A DNA stretch of 64,000 nt from contig CAXXFF010000002.1 in assembly GCA_963676835.2 (NCBI GenBank), forward strand, positions 320,001-384,000. Direction: 5' to 3'. This DNA is from Marispirochaeta sp. (GTDB taxonomy: Bacteria; Spirochaetota; Spirochaetia; JC444; Marispirochaetaceae). How positions within the stretch are numbered: position 1 is the stretch's first letter; every line of letters begins with the position of its first letter. This document shows positions 47,472 to 58,295 of the stretch, piece after piece. A program made the position numbers and the translations under genes. The notes under the pieces are model-generated. The model worked only from the letters and a program-made list of their open reading frames with translations, searched no databases and was not told the DNA's origin.

Positions 47472-49031
47472 ATGGCTGAACACCTTATTTACAATGCACA
47501 CATTCTTAAAGTTTCTTCAGATGATACCGCAGAGGCTGTAGCCTTTAAAGACGGCTGCATCACTTTTGTCGGGACAAGCGCGGAAGGACTTTCCCGGGAT
47601 ATCCCCCCACAGAACCGTGTGAACCTCAATGGCGCCGTGCTTATTCCCGGATTCAACGACAACCATCTGCACCTCCATTCAACCGCCGACATTCTTACCC
47701 GGCCTCAGCTCCACGGCCTGAGCCGCACTCAGATTATTGAACTGTTAAAAGAGCAATACAGGGAGATCACTCCAGGACAGGTGATCAGCGGAATGGGCTG
47801 GGACTACCCGGATTGCCCGGACCCAGATAAGTCATTGCTGGATAAGGAGTTTCCGAATCATCCTGTTGTGCTATTTCAGTTTTCCGGCCATGGGGCATGG
47901 GTAAACAGCAGAATGCTGAAACTAATGGGCATTACCTCCTCCACCCCGAATCCTGCGGGTGGAGAGATCGTAAGAGACGGGAGCGGCAACCCAACGGGTA
48001 TCCTGAAAGATGAGGCAGTTACTCCCCTACACAACCTCCGGCTCAAGGAGATACGCAGGCGGAAGGATCTGCGGCGGCAGCTTTTCGATACCGCCCAGGA
48101 TTTTCTGGTAAAAACCGGCATAACCTCTATCCAGGACAACACCTGGCACCCGGCAACAGCCCGGGATATGGCTGCCATGGTTCCATATGATGACCTTAAA
48201 ATGCGTATCAACTGCTGGGCCTACGGCAGTATATTCCGCTGGAATATGGGTATGCGGATGATTCCTTTTTCTGGAGAGTGGGTCCGCAGAGGGCCGGTTA
48301 AATACTTTCTCGACGGCACCTTTTCCACCAGGACCGCCTGGCTCAAGGAGGAATACGCAGACCAGCCGGGTAATTTCGGCACCCCATCATACAAAGCCGC
48401 GGACATTGAAAGGTTTCTGCGGACTAATACAAAAAAGGGCCGGCAGACCGCGTATCATGTTATCGGCGACCAGGCCCTTCATGCTCTTGCCTCAGCGGCC
48501 GAGAAAGTACAAAAAGAGTATCCTGACCTGGTAAAACTCCGCATAAGGGCTGAACATTCCCAGCTTATCGACAGGAAGGACCTGACTCTTATGCAGAAAA
48601 CAGGCATGCTGGCATCCGCCCAGCCTCATGCAATGTGGAACTTCGCTAAAGACAGAGCATTACTAGGAGAAGAGAGAGCTGCCGGAGCATATCCCTACCG
48701 CTCTCTTCTGGATGCAGGCATACCCCTCTCTTTCGGTTCGGATGTACCGGGAGAAGCAACCTACGCACCCCTGTACGGAATCCATCTTGCAGTTAGCCGT
48801 GAATCTCCGGAAGCAATTACTCCCCTGGAAGCACTGCGGGCCTATACCCTGGGATCAGCCTATGCGGAGTTTATGGAAGATAAAAAGGGGAGTATTGATG
48901 TGGGGAAACTTGCAGATTTCACCATTCTTGCAGAGGATCCGACCAGTATTAACCCGGCAAAAATCCGGGACATAGAAGTGCTGGGAACCTACGTGGGCGG
49001 CAGGCAGGTATACTCAGCCGATAAAGCTTAG
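47472..49031 (+). CDS. Amidohydrolase (YtcJ-like)
   Basis: PGFNDNHLH, HVIGD, RAEH, FGSD and GSIDVGKLADF. Confidence 0.9.
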   Translation: MAEHLIYNAHILKVSSDDTAEAVAFKDGCITFVGTSAEGLSRDIPPQNRVNLNGAVLIPGFNDNHLHLHSTADILTRPQLHGLSRTQIIELLKEQYREITPGQVISGMGWDYPDCPDPDKSLLDKEFPNHPVVLFQFSGHGAWVNSRMLKLMGITSSTPNPAGGEIVRDGSGNPTGILKDEAVTPLHNLRLKEIRRRKDLRRQLFDTAQDFLVKTGITSIQDNTWHPATARDMAAMVPYDDLKMRINCWAYGSIFRWNMGMRMIPFSGEWVRRGPVKYFLDGTFSTRTAWLKEEYADQPGNFGTPSYKAADIERFLRTNTKKGRQTAYHVIGDQALHALASAAEKVQKEYPDLVKLRIRAEHSQLIDRKDLTLMQKTGMLASAQPHAMWNFAKDRALLGEERAAGAYPYRSLLDAGIPLSFGSDVPGEATYAPLYGIHLAVSRESPEAITPLEALRAYTLGSAYAEFMEDKKGSIDVGKLADFTILAEDPTSINPAKIRDIEVLGTYVGGRQVYSADKA

Positions 49032-50117
49032 CACTTCGGCAACAACTCTGTTCTTTCCCGACCTTTTCCCTTCATACAGAAATCTGTCAGCCCTGGCAAT
49101 CAGAGAGGAATCATCCTCTCCGGGTTGAAACTCAGCCACGCCTATGGTGGTACTTACGGTAACGCTCTGGCCCTGGTACTCAACAGGGCTCTCGCATATA
49201 TTCTGCCGCAGGCGCTCCGCAACCTCCGCTGCTTCTTCCATCCCCGTTCTGGGAAGCACCAGAAGAAACTCTTCTCCGCCCCAGCGACCCATGGCATCGG
49301 ATTTCCGTAAAACAGTTGCGGAACGTCTGCAGACCTCGCGCAAAACCGCATCTCCGCAATCGTGGCCGTAATTGTCGTTTACCGCCTTGAAATCATCCAG
49401 ATCGGCCAGGGCGACACTGAACCGGCCTCCGGAAAGTTCGGCAGATCGTTTTACCTCTATCAGCATGTCATGAATTGCCCTTCTGTTGGCGGTTCCGGTT
49501 ACCTCATCGGTATTGGCCAGACGCATCAGTCTTGCCTGGGCACGGGAAAGACCATGTTCGACAAATATAAGTGCCCGCCGATACCGTGCCAGACTCACAC
49601 CGATAGCACTGAAGGCCGTCAGCAGGTTAAGGTCGCTGATAAAGCTGACAACAGAAAAGGAAAGGAAATATACAGGTTCAGCATAGAGCAGCAGATGGCG
49701 AAGAGCAAAATAGCAAACAAGAATACATCCATCAATTATCAGGGTAGTTCTGTCGGACACACGGGCAGATGCCGGAACCAGCACACATCCAGCCAGAAGA
49801 TAATAATGGGCTCCCAGTGACCATCCCAGAAGAAAGTCGCACAGCACAGCAATCATGGTGATACTTAACAGGGCAAGGGGCATGGCGATACGGAGCATTT
49901 GCCGTTTAACCAGAACAAGGGAAATATAGAAAAGCAGTGCAGCAAAGGCGCATACCCCGGCAACAACCGGAACACCGAGAATAAGGTAGAGCAGAGTAAA
50001 CAAGAGAGATCCACCGAAACTGAAGGTATATGCTGTTGTCTGAAAGACCTTTAGAGGACGGCCTTCACTTTTAATCTTATTTTTCTGCTTACTTTTTTGC
50101 ATAGATGACAGTATCAC
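49014..50117 (-). CDS. Membrane-bound diguanylate cyclase, copy 2
   Basis: About 6 TM segments; DLDDFKAVND.YGH, RKSD I-site and GGEEF; start uncertain. Confidence 0.92.
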   Translation of the reverse strand: MILSSMQKSKQKNKIKSEGRPLKVFQTTAYTFSFGGSLLFTLLYLILGVPVVAGVCAFAALLFYISLVLVKRQMLRIAMPLALLSITMIAVLCDFLLGWSLGAHYYLLAGCVLVPASARVSDRTTLIIDGCILVCYFALRHLLLYAEPVYFLSFSVVSFISDLNLLTAFSAIGVSLARYRRALIFVEHGLSRAQARLMRLANTDEVTGTANRRAIHDMLIEVKRSAELSGGRFSVALADLDDFKAVNDNYGHDCGDAVLREVCRRSATVLRKSDAMGRWGGEEFLLVLPRTGMEEAAEVAERLRQNICESPVEYQGQSVTVSTTIGVAEFQPGEDDSSLIARADRFLYEGKRSGKNRVVAEVLSFIG

Positions 50118-50160
50118 CTATTTTATGAAATTATTCAAATAATCTTTTTCGTCACCCGCC

Positions 50161-51207
50161 TCATGAGGCCACTACCATATTCTTGCCTGAGCGTTTACCT
50201 TTATAGAGAAGCTTATCAGCCCTGGCGATAAGGGTATCATCCGAGTCCTCCGGTAAAAACACAGAAAGGCCTATGGTTATGCTTATCTGTATCTCTGAAC
50301 CCTTAAAAGAGACCGGCACATCACAGACTGCACGCCGAAGACGTTCGGTAATCTCGTTAACCTCACTATATCCGGCCCCGGGAAGGAGAATCAGAAACTC
50401 TTCTCCACCCCAGCGCCCGATTGAATCGGATTTTCGCAATACTGAACCGAATCGCTGACACACTTCACGCAGGACAGCATCTCCACATTCATGCCCCCAG
50501 GTGTCATTTACATCCTTGAAATTATCCAGATCGGCAAGGGCCACAACAAGGTCACTCCCGGTATCGATTGATTTCTTCATTTCGGCAAGCAGCTGCTCAT
50601 GGACCGCCCGCCTGGAGGATATCCCGGTTACCGTATCCGTATTGGCTATATCAAGAATTCGCTGATTGGCCTGCGTCAGCCCATCCTGCGCCCGTAGGAG
50701 AGCACCCCGATAACGGTAGAGGGTTACGCCGATAGCACTATATGCAGTCAGAAGATTGACATCCCGGACAGCAAGATAAACATTACGCGGAAGATAAAGA
50801 GTCGGAATATGCCGTATAAGAAAAGCGCGAATTACAAGAAACACCAGAAAAAGAACTATAACAAGCACCAGTATCTGCTTCTTTCGCAGCCGGGTTGAGG
50901 CAGGTATAAGCATACAACCGGTAACCAGATAGTAATGTGCCCCGTATGACCAGCCCAGATAATAACCGATCAAGACTGCCATCACAAGCAGAGCGGTAAA
51001 TGCAAGGGTAAGGGCAATACCGATATGGTTTTTTCTCACCTGCAGATAGGACAGGAGAAAAAGTATAGCATTTGCCCCACAAACCTCAGCAACCTCTTCC
51101 ACACCGAGAAACAGATACATAACGACAAACAAAGAGGACCCGATAAAGGAGTAGAGATAGATACTGGTAAGGAAAACCTTGAAGGGCTGGCTGTTCTGAC
51201 CGGTCAT
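50161..51207 (-). CDS. Membrane-bound diguanylate cyclase, copy 1
   Basis: About 6 TM segments; DLDNFKDVND.WGH, RKSD and GGEEF. Confidence 0.92.
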   Translation of the reverse strand: MTGQNSQPFKVFLTSIYLYSFIGSSLFVVMYLFLGVEEVAEVCGANAILFLLSYLQVRKNHIGIALTLAFTALLVMAVLIGYYLGWSYGAHYYLVTGCMLIPASTRLRKKQILVLVIVLFLVFLVIRAFLIRHIPTLYLPRNVYLAVRDVNLLTAYSAIGVTLYRYRGALLRAQDGLTQANQRILDIANTDTVTGISSRRAVHEQLLAEMKKSIDTGSDLVVALADLDNFKDVNDTWGHECGDAVLREVCQRFGSVLRKSDSIGRWGGEEFLILLPGAGYSEVNEITERLRRAVCDVPVSFKGSEIQISITIGLSVFLPEDSDDTLIARADKLLYKGKRSGKNMVVAS

Positions 51208-51377
51208 TTCGCTTAATTATTACGTTTTGGCAAAAAAAGAGCAATCGAATCGGCGCAGAAAAACTCTTTCACGAAAAATAGAGAAAACGGCAATGGTGCG
51301 TATCTGAAACTCGGCGTCCGTTATGTCTTTCTCAGCGAAAACTTTTAGCCCGATGGGGCTCCCCCGGATGCTGCAAT

Positions 51378-51406
51378 AAAAAAGACCGCCCCTTTCGGAG
51401 CGGTCT
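51378..51406 (-). terminator. Rho-independent terminator of oadB
   Basis: Minus strand AGACCGCTCC-GAAA-GGGGCGGTCT followed by TTTTT. Confidence 0.85.
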
Positions 51407-51444
51407 GATTAACTTATCTGAAAGTCTAAAGAGAAAGACAGCTG

Positions 51445-52719
51445 TCAGCCGCCTACCATCTTGGGGATAACACCCAGAAGTACTCCGGCGGCTACGGCAG
51501 AACCGATAACTCCGGCAACGTTGGGTCCCATGGCGTGCATAAGCAGGAAGTTCTGAGGATTCTCCTCTTTTCCTACCTTGTTGGCAACACGGGCCGCCAT
51601 CGGTACCGCGGATACTCCCGCTGCACCGATAAGGGGGTTGATGGGCTTGCTGCTCAGCTTGTTCATCAGCTTGGCCAGAAGCAGTCCTGCAGTGGTACCT
51701 ACCGCAAAGGCAATCAGACCAAGGGCCAGAATTCCCAGGGTGGTAACATTAAGGAAGGCCTGTGCCTGCATCTTTGACCCAACCGCAAGACCGAGCATAA
51801 TGGTTACAATGTTCATCATGGCATTCTGCATGGTATCGGAAAGACGGGTAATAACACCGCACTCCCGTCCCAGGTTTCCGAACATCAGCGCACCGATAAG
51901 GGGCGTTGCAGAGGGCAGCAGGATAATACAGGTTACCAGTACAACCAGCGGGAAGACAATCTTCTCGGTTTTGGTAACATGACGCAGCTGCTCCATCTTG
52001 ATGCCCCGCTCTTCCTTGGTGGTAAGAAGACGCATGATGGGTGGCTGGATAATGGGTACCAGTGCCATGTAGGAATATGCGGCAACAGCAATTGCTCCCA
52101 GGTAGTAGGGTGCCAGTCTGGAAGAGGTATAGATAGCCGTCGGACCGTCGGCACCTCCGATAATTCCGATTGCACCGGCCACGTGAAGGATACTGTCAGC
52201 AAGCTGAGTACCGTCGGCGGCATGCACAAAGGAGAACCCGGGGATCAACTCAAGGGCAACCGTTCCAAGAACAGCAATAAAAATACCGAACTGGGCTGCT
52301 GCACCGAGAAGGAAGGTCTTCGGGTTGGCAAGGAGGGGACCGAAGTCGGTCATGGCTCCAACACCCATGAAGATCAGCAGGGGAAAGAGACCGGAGGCAA
52401 TTCCGAAGTCATAAAACTGACCGATAAAACCGCCGTAAACCTCGATAATCCCGTGAGCCGTATGGTTGTAGAGAACTTCGTGGTTCTCTCCGACAAAATA
52501 GACTGCATGACTGGCAATTTCCGCAAAGGGAATATTGGACAGGATTGCACCGAACCCGATGGGTACCAGCAGGAGCGGTTCAAATCCCTTCTTGATTGCC
52601 AGATAGAGGAGCAGAAAACCTACGGCAATCATTACCGCGTTCTGCCAGCCTCCGGCCTGCATGAAGCCGTAAAGACCGGTGGTTTTCCATAGTTCGTAAA
52701 AAGCGCTTCCGAAATTCAT
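51445..52719 (-). CDS. oadB: Na+-translocating decarboxylase beta subunit
   Basis: [23 protein letters not shown] and [12 protein letters not shown]. Confidence 0.95.
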   Translation of the reverse strand: MNFGSAFYELWKTTGLYGFMQAGGWQNAVMIAVGFLLLYLAIKKGFEPLLLVPIGFGAILSNIPFAEIASHAVYFVGENHEVLYNHTAHGIIEVYGGFIGQFYDFGIASGLFPLLIFMGVGAMTDFGPLLANPKTFLLGAAAQFGIFIAVLGTVALELIPGFSFVHAADGTQLADSILHVAGAIGIIGGADGPTAIYTSSRLAPYYLGAIAVAAYSYMALVPIIQPPIMRLLTTKEERGIKMEQLRHVTKTEKIVFPLVVLVTCIILLPSATPLIGALMFGNLGRECGVITRLSDTMQNAMMNIVTIMLGLAVGSKMQAQAFLNVTTLGILALGLIAFAVGTTAGLLLAKLMNKLSSKPINPLIGAAGVSAVPMAARVANKVGKEENPQNFLLMHAMGPNVAGVIGSAVAAGVLLGVIPKMVGG

Positions 52720-52733
52720 TCGTGGGCCCCCTT

Positions 52734-54530
52734 TTACTGGATCTCAACCAGAGTGTCGCCGGCGGCTACCTGATCGCCCTGTTTTACGGGAATGACTGCA
52801 ACCACACCGGAGGCCGGGGAGTGAATCTCATTCTCCATCTTCATGGATTCCATAACCATGATAACTTCACCTTCGCTTACGGAATCACCCTCTTCCTTAA
52901 CCAGGCGCAGGATAAGTCCGGGAAGCGGTGCAGCTACCTTAACACCCTCTCCGCCGCCTGCGGCAGCTCCGGATGCTGCGGCTTCCATACCTTCGGAAAC
53001 CTCAACGGTGTAGCTCTTGCCGTTAACCACTGCCTTGTCGCCTTCCAGCTTGACTGCGTAGTTTTTACCGTTGAGCTTAACGGTGTAACCGTCTGCGGAA
53101 GGTGCTCCGCCTTCAGATTTCTTATTGGGATCGATTTTCCGAACACCGGTCTTTGCTTCACCCTTGAGGTAGGCAATTCCCTTCTCTTTACAAGCCGCAG
53201 CAATAAAGATGTTCTCATCGGTCTCTTCAATGCCCGCTTCCTTAAGCATAGCCTTTGCAGGTGCAATACCCTTTTTGGGGTCTGCATCATTGATCTCAAG
53301 AACCTTCTTGGTGGTGGGCTCAAGACCAAGCTGCTCGGCAGCAATCTTTACAATTTCGGGATCCGGTGCAACGGGAGTTTTTCCGAAGTAACCGAGAACC
53401 ATCTTGCCGTAACCTTCGGCAATCTTCTTCCAGGGACCCATGAGGGTATTGTTGAAGGCCTGCTGGAAATAGAACTGGCTTACGGGGGTTACAGAAGTAC
53501 CGAATCCACCGCGGCGTACAACTTCGCCCATGTTTGCGGCAATCTCGCCGTACTTGTCCATGAGGCCGTTGTCACGGAGCATCTGGGTATTGGCTGTAAG
53601 CGCACCGCCGGGCATGGGGCTGAAGGGAATCAGGGGCTCTACAGTCTTTGCCTCGGGAGGCATAAAGTAGTCAGCCATACATTCCTTGAAAACCTGTTCT
53701 GCTTTTTCAATCTTGTTGATATCCACACCAAGGTCGAACTCGGTTCCCCGGAGAGCGTGCCACATGGTCATAACGTCGGTCTGACATGTACCGCCGGAAC
53801 AGGGGGCAAGAGAAAGGTCAATCTGGTTTGCACCGGCGTCGAGGGCTGCTTTGTACTGGAGTACACCGATACCGGCAGTTTCGTGGCTGTGGAATACCAG
53901 CTGAACATCATCACCAAGCATCTGACGAGCCTGTTTGATGGTTTCATATACCTTGGAGGGAACAGAAGTACCGGAAGCATCCTTGAAACATACGGAATCA
54001 AAGGGAATACCCGCATCAAGGATTCCCTTCAGGGTATCCATGTAGAATTTGGGATCGTGTGACCCTTCGCATCCGGGAGGAAGCTCCATCATGGTAACAA
54101 CAACTTCGTGCTTCAGTCCGGCGTTAACAATACACTGACCGGAGTAGATCAGGTTGTTAACATCATTGAGAGCATCGAAGTTACGGATGGTAGTCATTCC
54201 GTGCTTTTTGAACATCTTCGCATGAAGATCAATAATGTCAGAGGACTGTGAATCAAGTCCAACAACGTTAACTCCCCGGGCAAGGGTCTGCAGATTTGCA
54301 TCGGGACCGGCTGCCTGGCGGAAAGAATCCATCATATCGAAGGCATTTTCGTTGGTGTAGAAGAAGAGGGACTGGAACCGTGCTCCACCGCCTGCCTCGA
54401 AGTGATTAATTCCTGCTTCAACTGCCGCTTCAACTGCAGGCAGGAAGTCTTTGGTAAATACACGTGCTCCGTATGCGGACTGGAATCCGTCACGGAAAGC
54501 AGTAACCATGAAATCTACGCGCTTTTTCAT
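52734..54530 (-). CDS. oadA: Oxaloacetate decarboxylase alpha subunit (carboxyltransferase plus biotin carrier)
   Basis: RDGFQS, FDALND, PGG and TPVSQ; ESMKMEN biotin site. Confidence 0.9.
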   Translation of the reverse strand: MKKRVDFMVTAFRDGFQSAYGARVFTKDFLPAVEAAVEAGINHFEAGGGARFQSLFFYTNENAFDMMDSFRQAAGPDANLQTLARGVNVVGLDSQSSDIIDLHAKMFKKHGMTTIRNFDALNDVNNLIYSGQCIVNAGLKHEVVVTMMELPPGCEGSHDPKFYMDTLKGILDAGIPFDSVCFKDASGTSVPSKVYETIKQARQMLGDDVQLVFHSHETAGIGVLQYKAALDAGANQIDLSLAPCSGGTCQTDVMTMWHALRGTEFDLGVDINKIEKAEQVFKECMADYFMPPEAKTVEPLIPFSPMPGGALTANTQMLRDNGLMDKYGEIAANMGEVVRRGGFGTSVTPVSQFYFQQAFNNTLMGPWKKIAEGYGKMVLGYFGKTPVAPDPEIVKIAAEQLGLEPTTKKVLEINDADPKKGIAPAKAMLKEAGIEETDENIFIAAACKEKGIAYLKGEAKTGVRKIDPNKKSEGGAPSADGYTVKLNGKNYAVKLEGDKAVVNGKSYTVEVSEGMEAAASGAAAGGGEGVKVAAPLPGLILRLVKEEGDSVSEGEVIMVMESMKMENEIHSPASGVVAVIPVKQGDQVAAGDTLVEIQ

Positions 54531-54549
54531 GTCAATTCTATTCCTTTGT

Positions 54550-54762
54550 TTAAGATGTAAATGCTTTTACAGCTGCGATCACGGCAGCTACTTCTGCGTC
54601 CCCGGAACCCGAGGTTTTTGCTGGTGCCTGCTCTTCCGGTTTATCCGGGAAGTAGCGAATGACAATAGCGGAGAGGACGTTCATAAGAATGACAAGCAGT
54701 GTCAGAAACGAAAACACTACTGCCATGCCGACAACTGTTAATACTAACCCTTGCGCAAACAC
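54550..54762 (-). CDS. oadG: Na+-translocating decarboxylase gamma subunit
   Basis: GM.VVF.FL.LL TM, linker, VAAVIAAV; GTG start after AGGAG. Confidence 0.9.
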   Translation of the reverse strand: MFAQGLVLTVVGMAVVFSFLTLLVILMNVLSAIVIRYFPDKPEEQAPAKTSGSGDAEVAAVIAAVKAFTS

Positions 54763-54899
54763 GACATGCTCCTGTTGATTTATATTGATAGGACTCAAAA
54801 TACGTAAATGAATCCATCCGTTCGCAAAGATAATAGTCTGTCCAGATAGTGAGTTTCAAGGCCTGAGGGTATCTGAGGCTTCTAAAGGAGGGAAATTGA

Positions 54900-54923
54900 G
54901 GGCTCCGGCGAGTACCGGAGCCC
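54900..54923 (-). terminator. Hairpin ending the hsp20 transcript
   Basis: GGGCTCCGG..CCGGAGCCC; weak U-tract. Confidence 0.55.
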
Positions 54924-54947
54924 GGAAAGGGAGAGTTCCTCTATAAA

Positions 54948-55073
54948 TCAGTAATCAGAATCGTGACGATTCCGGTTATCCTGAATGGTTCTGAGGACTT
55001 TACCGACAAACTGATCAAGCTGGGGTTTGAAAAAATAGCCCAGGGCAACACCGACAATCAGCCAGAAAAGCAT
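54948..55073 (-). CDS. 41-aa single-TM small protein (not in the ORF track)
   Basis: MLFWLIVGVALGYFFKPQLDQFVGKVLRTIQDNRNRHDSDY*; ATG 1 nt after the hsp20 stop; AAGGAGGAGGT RBS. Confidence 0.75.
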   Translation of the reverse strand: MLFWLIVGVALGYFFKPQLDQFVGKVLRTIQDNRNRHDSDY

Positions 55074-55074
55074 A

Positions 55075-55584
55075 TTACACCTCCTCCTTTACAATTTTTA
55101 TCTTTACCCCTTCGGGGGATTCCTGTTCCACCTTTGCAGGTACGGTTACCGTAAGCACACCGTTTGCATAGACTGCCTGTACCGCATCCCGGTCAAATTT
55201 CTCTGCCGGAGCAAAATACTTCTGGTCCACTATTTCCCGGAACTTAAGCCGCCGCTTCAGGAATTTGATCTCATCGTCCTTGACGGTTCTTTCTTTGGGG
55301 ACCGCCGCATTGAGAATCATGTAATCCCCCTTGAATTCAAGCGAAATATCACTCTCGTTGAAGCCCGCCAGGGCGAATTCAAAGACCAGGCTCTTTTCCG
55401 GAGTAACATAGACATTTGACGGGGGATAGGAGTAGGCCGGATAATAATCCGTGTTTTCATCCCAGGCAAAGGGATTGCCCGGCCGTGACTGGAAACCTTC
55501 CTTGAAGGCTCCGCCGAAGTTCTGGGTTGCCTCAAAGATATCATCCATGATCTGGCCCAGGTCGATAATGATTTTGTCTTTCAT
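55075..55584 (-). CDS. Hsp20/alpha-crystallin small heat-shock protein
   Basis: YPPSNV, FEFALAGF, AVYANGVLTVTVP and terminal IKI motif; ATG 55584. Confidence 0.9.
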   Translation of the reverse strand: MKDKIIIDLGQIMDDIFEATQNFGGAFKEGFQSRPGNPFAWDENTDYYPAYSYPPSNVYVTPEKSLVFEFALAGFNESDISLEFKGDYMILNAAVPKERTVKDDEIKFLKRRLKFREIVDQKYFAPAEKFDRDAVQAVYANGVLTVTVPAKVEQESPEGVKIKIVKEEV

Positions 55585-55917
55585 AGCTCCACCTTTTTCG
55601 CAATAAAGCGAGGAGTGTATGATGTTCCGCACCCGTACGGGCCGCGGCTGTTTCCGCCCCGCTCCTGCGGCGGCGGACTGCACTGCATTGCAGTGTCTAT
55701 ATAAAATATAACAACAAATGGCCCGAAAAGTGTTCCTCAAGTCTCCCTTTTTTTCTTCATCATCTTTTATCTCTTCCCCATTCTTCCTTCTTCATTCTTC
55801 CTACTTCCCTTTTTACTCCCTCTGCCCGAGGACTTCACCTGTGGCAAGAAACTGGTGTAAGGTAGAGGTTCTCCGGTATATCGAAACAAGGTCAGTTCCG
55901 GAGAGAAAGGATTCATC

Positions 55918-56736
55918 TTGTCTGTACGTATCTTCTGCATGGGCGAAATAGTCGGCAAAGCGGGTGTTTTCTGCGTTAAATCAATGCTCAATGATCTTCG
56001 CAGCGAAAAGAAGATTGATTTTGTCATTGCCAACGGAGAGGGAACCACCGGCGGTTTCGGTCTGGGAAAAAACCATTCCATTTATCTGCATAAACTCGGC
56101 ATAGACTGCATTACCGGCGGTGAAAAGCTCTACTTCAAGCGGGATATGGTCAGCCATATCCGCAAGGCGCCCTATATTCTGCGGCCCGCCAATTATCCCC
56201 CGGGAAACCCGGGCCGGGGCTACCGCATCTTTGATGTGGGAGAATACAAGATAGGGGTTATCTCCATGCTGGGTCAGTCAGGATTTCAGCGGGTGCACCT
56301 GAGCAACCCCTTCGGCTATCTGCCCCAGATTGTAGAACGCATAAAAGAAGAGACGCCCATAATCATACTGGATTTTCATGCCGCAACCACGGCGGAAAAA
56401 TACTCTATGTTTTATCATGCCGACGGAATGGTTTCCGCCGTTGCGGGAACCCATAACAAGGCCCTGTCTGCCGATGAAGCCATCCTTCCCCGAAAAACCG
56501 GGATAATCTGCGATACCGGCAGAACGGGAAGCATTGATTCCGTGGGAGGCCTGGAGAGCGGAATCGAAATCCAGCAGTTTATCAGCCAGATACCCGAGCG
56601 TTCTCAGGAGACCTGGGAAGGACTTGAAATGCAGGGTGTAATCTTCGAAATTACTCCCGACGGAAAAACAAGCTCAGTGGAACGAATACGCATTCCCTGC
56701 ACGGAGGAACCCCTTGACCGAGCTAGTGAGAATTAA
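55918..56736 (+). CDS. YmdB-family metallophosphoesterase
   Basis: GEIVG, IANGE, LRPANYP..PG.G and DFHA..T.EK; several metal ligands look substituted. Confidence 0.85.
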   Translation: MSVRIFCMGEIVGKAGVFCVKSMLNDLRSEKKIDFVIANGEGTTGGFGLGKNHSIYLHKLGIDCITGGEKLYFKRDMVSHIRKAPYILRPANYPPGNPGRGYRIFDVGEYKIGVISMLGQSGFQRVHLSNPFGYLPQIVERIKEETPIIILDFHAATTAEKYSMFYHADGMVSAVAGTHNKALSADEAILPRKTGIICDTGRTGSIDSVGGLESGIEIQQFISQIPERSQETWEGLEMQGVIFEITPDGKTSSVERIRIPCTEEPLDRASEN

Positions 56737-57124
56737 AGAGATCGACGGCAGCCGGGTGCTCTGCACCTGTTCAACTTCCGCCTGCAAATCATGCAGCGGC
56801 AGCGGCTTCTGCAATATAAAAATCCGCGAAATAGAAGTCCGGAACCCCAGAAATCTGGAGGTACATCCCGGCGACACCATTGAGATCTACCTGCCTCCGG
56901 GAAAAACAATCTTTGCAGGTTTTCTGGTTATGATCTTTCCCCTGCTTCTCTTTGGTCTGTTTTTTATGCTTACAGGCAGGATATTCCCCGGAACAGGTGA
57001 AGGAATCAGGGTTCTGGCAGGAGTAGCCGGAATCACCGCCGGATTCCTGATCAGCTGGGCTTATTCAAAGCTGACCAACAGCCGCAATATTCCGGAAATA
57101 GTAAAAGTAACAGATCAGGAATAG
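56714..57124 (+). CDS. RseC/MucC-family membrane protein
   Basis: SACKSC..C followed by two TM helices. Confidence 0.8.
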   Translation: MTELVRIKEIDGSRVLCTCSTSACKSCSGSGFCNIKIREIEVRNPRNLEVHPGDTIEIYLPPGKTIFAGFLVMIFPLLLFGLFFMLTGRIFPGTGEGIRVLAGVAGITAGFLISWAYSKLTNSRNIPEIVKVTDQE

Positions 57125-58281
57125 GACGGCTTTTTCACCAGCCGGGTAAGGGTATCAGCCATTTCCGGCAGCTTGACTACATGATCAAGGTAGTTGTGGT
57201 CCGCAGCTACCTTGGGCATACCGTAGACAACACAGGAGTCTGCATCCTGTCCCACAGTAACACCGCCGAGACGCTGAATAGTGCCGATCTCTCGAGCACC
57301 ATCCCGCCCCATGCCGGTCATAATAACCGCAACCACCCGGTTGGCAAATTCCCGGGCAACAGATTTGAAGAGCACATCAGCCGACGGGCGGTGCCCGTTG
57401 ACCTGGGGCGCATCAGATAGGTGAACAATACTTGAAAGCCTCATTTTTTCCACTTCCATATGCTTGTCGCCGGGGGTAATCAGAATTCGTCCCGGAACAA
57501 GAACATCTCCCTCTTCCGCTTCCTTAACGTCGAGACGGCAGATACGGTCGAGACTGCGGGCAAACTCAAGGGTAAATCCAGGGGGCATATGCTGGACCAC
57601 TACAATGGGAACCGGGAAATCCCTGTCCAGGGAAGCAAAAACTTTCCGCAGGGCATTCGGTCCCCCGGTGGAGATACCGATTGCCAAAAGATCAATACCC
57701 TCCGGAACGCTTCTCTGTCCCGGAGCAGCAGGAGCCGGAAAATCGGGATAAAGAGAGGCACGGGATACCGGCGCTGCGGGCCTTGGAGGCGGAGTACGTA
57801 CGGGAGGGGCACTCTTATACGCAGCCGGCGTTCCGGGGAACAAAGGCTGATTATTGGTATGCTGCCGGTACTGACTGCCGTAGGCCTTAACGGTTTCTAC
57901 AATATGATCACCGATAACATGGATATCTTCTGAAATGGACCCGGAAGGCTTCATGATGAAATCAGAAGCACCAAGATTCAGGGCTTCCATGGTAACCTGA
58001 GCCCCCCGGCGGGCAAGGGACGAGAGAATTACCACAGGGATATTTATTCCCTGCTTGCGCCGCTCCTTGAGGAATTCAATTCCGTTCATTTCGGGCATTT
58101 CAATATCGAGAAGAATAATATCCGGTTTCAACAGAGGAATCTTCTGCAGGGCAAATTTACCATTCATGGCCTTACCCACAACAGCAAGGCCCTCCGCCCC
58201 GTCAATTATCCGGGATATAAGGTTGCGCATCAGCGCAGAGTCATCACATACAAGTACGCCTAAAGGCATATTTTCACTCAC
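57115..58281 (-). CDS. cheB: Chemotaxis methylesterase response regulator
   Basis: Receiver domain; GISTGGP, VQHMP and MTGMGRDG. Confidence 0.96.
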   Translation of the reverse strand: MSENMPLGVLVCDDSALMRNLISRIIDGAEGLAVVGKAMNGKFALQKIPLLKPDIILLDIEMPEMNGIEFLKERRKQGINIPVVILSSLARRGAQVTMEALNLGASDFIMKPSGSISEDIHVIGDHIVETVKAYGSQYRQHTNNQPLFPGTPAAYKSAPPVRTPPPRPAAPVSRASLYPDFPAPAAPGQRSVPEGIDLLAIGISTGGPNALRKVFASLDRDFPVPIVVVQHMPPGFTLEFARSLDRICRLDVKEAEEGDVLVPGRILITPGDKHMEVEKMRLSSIVHLSDAPQVNGHRPSADVLFKSVAREFANRVVAVIMTGMGRDGAREIGTIQRLGGVTVGQDADSCVVYGMPKVAADHNYLDHVVKLPEMADTLTRLVKKPSYS

Positions 58282-58295
58282 TGAACACCCCGGAC

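Noticed and set aside
51208..51377. c-di-GMP riboswitch upstream of the cyclase pair
   Set aside because: No recognisable consensus by eye; an Rfam scan would settle it.
52722..54062. 446-aa plus-strand ORF (likewise 42040-42903 and 26329-27255)
   Set aside because: Shadow frames overlapping well-supported genes (oadA, pckG, lipB/MATE).
54800..54940. Na+ riboswitch upstream of oadG
   Set aside because: The region is explained by a terminator-like hairpin and a TTGAAA-18-TATTAT promoter close to oadG; no motif I can support.
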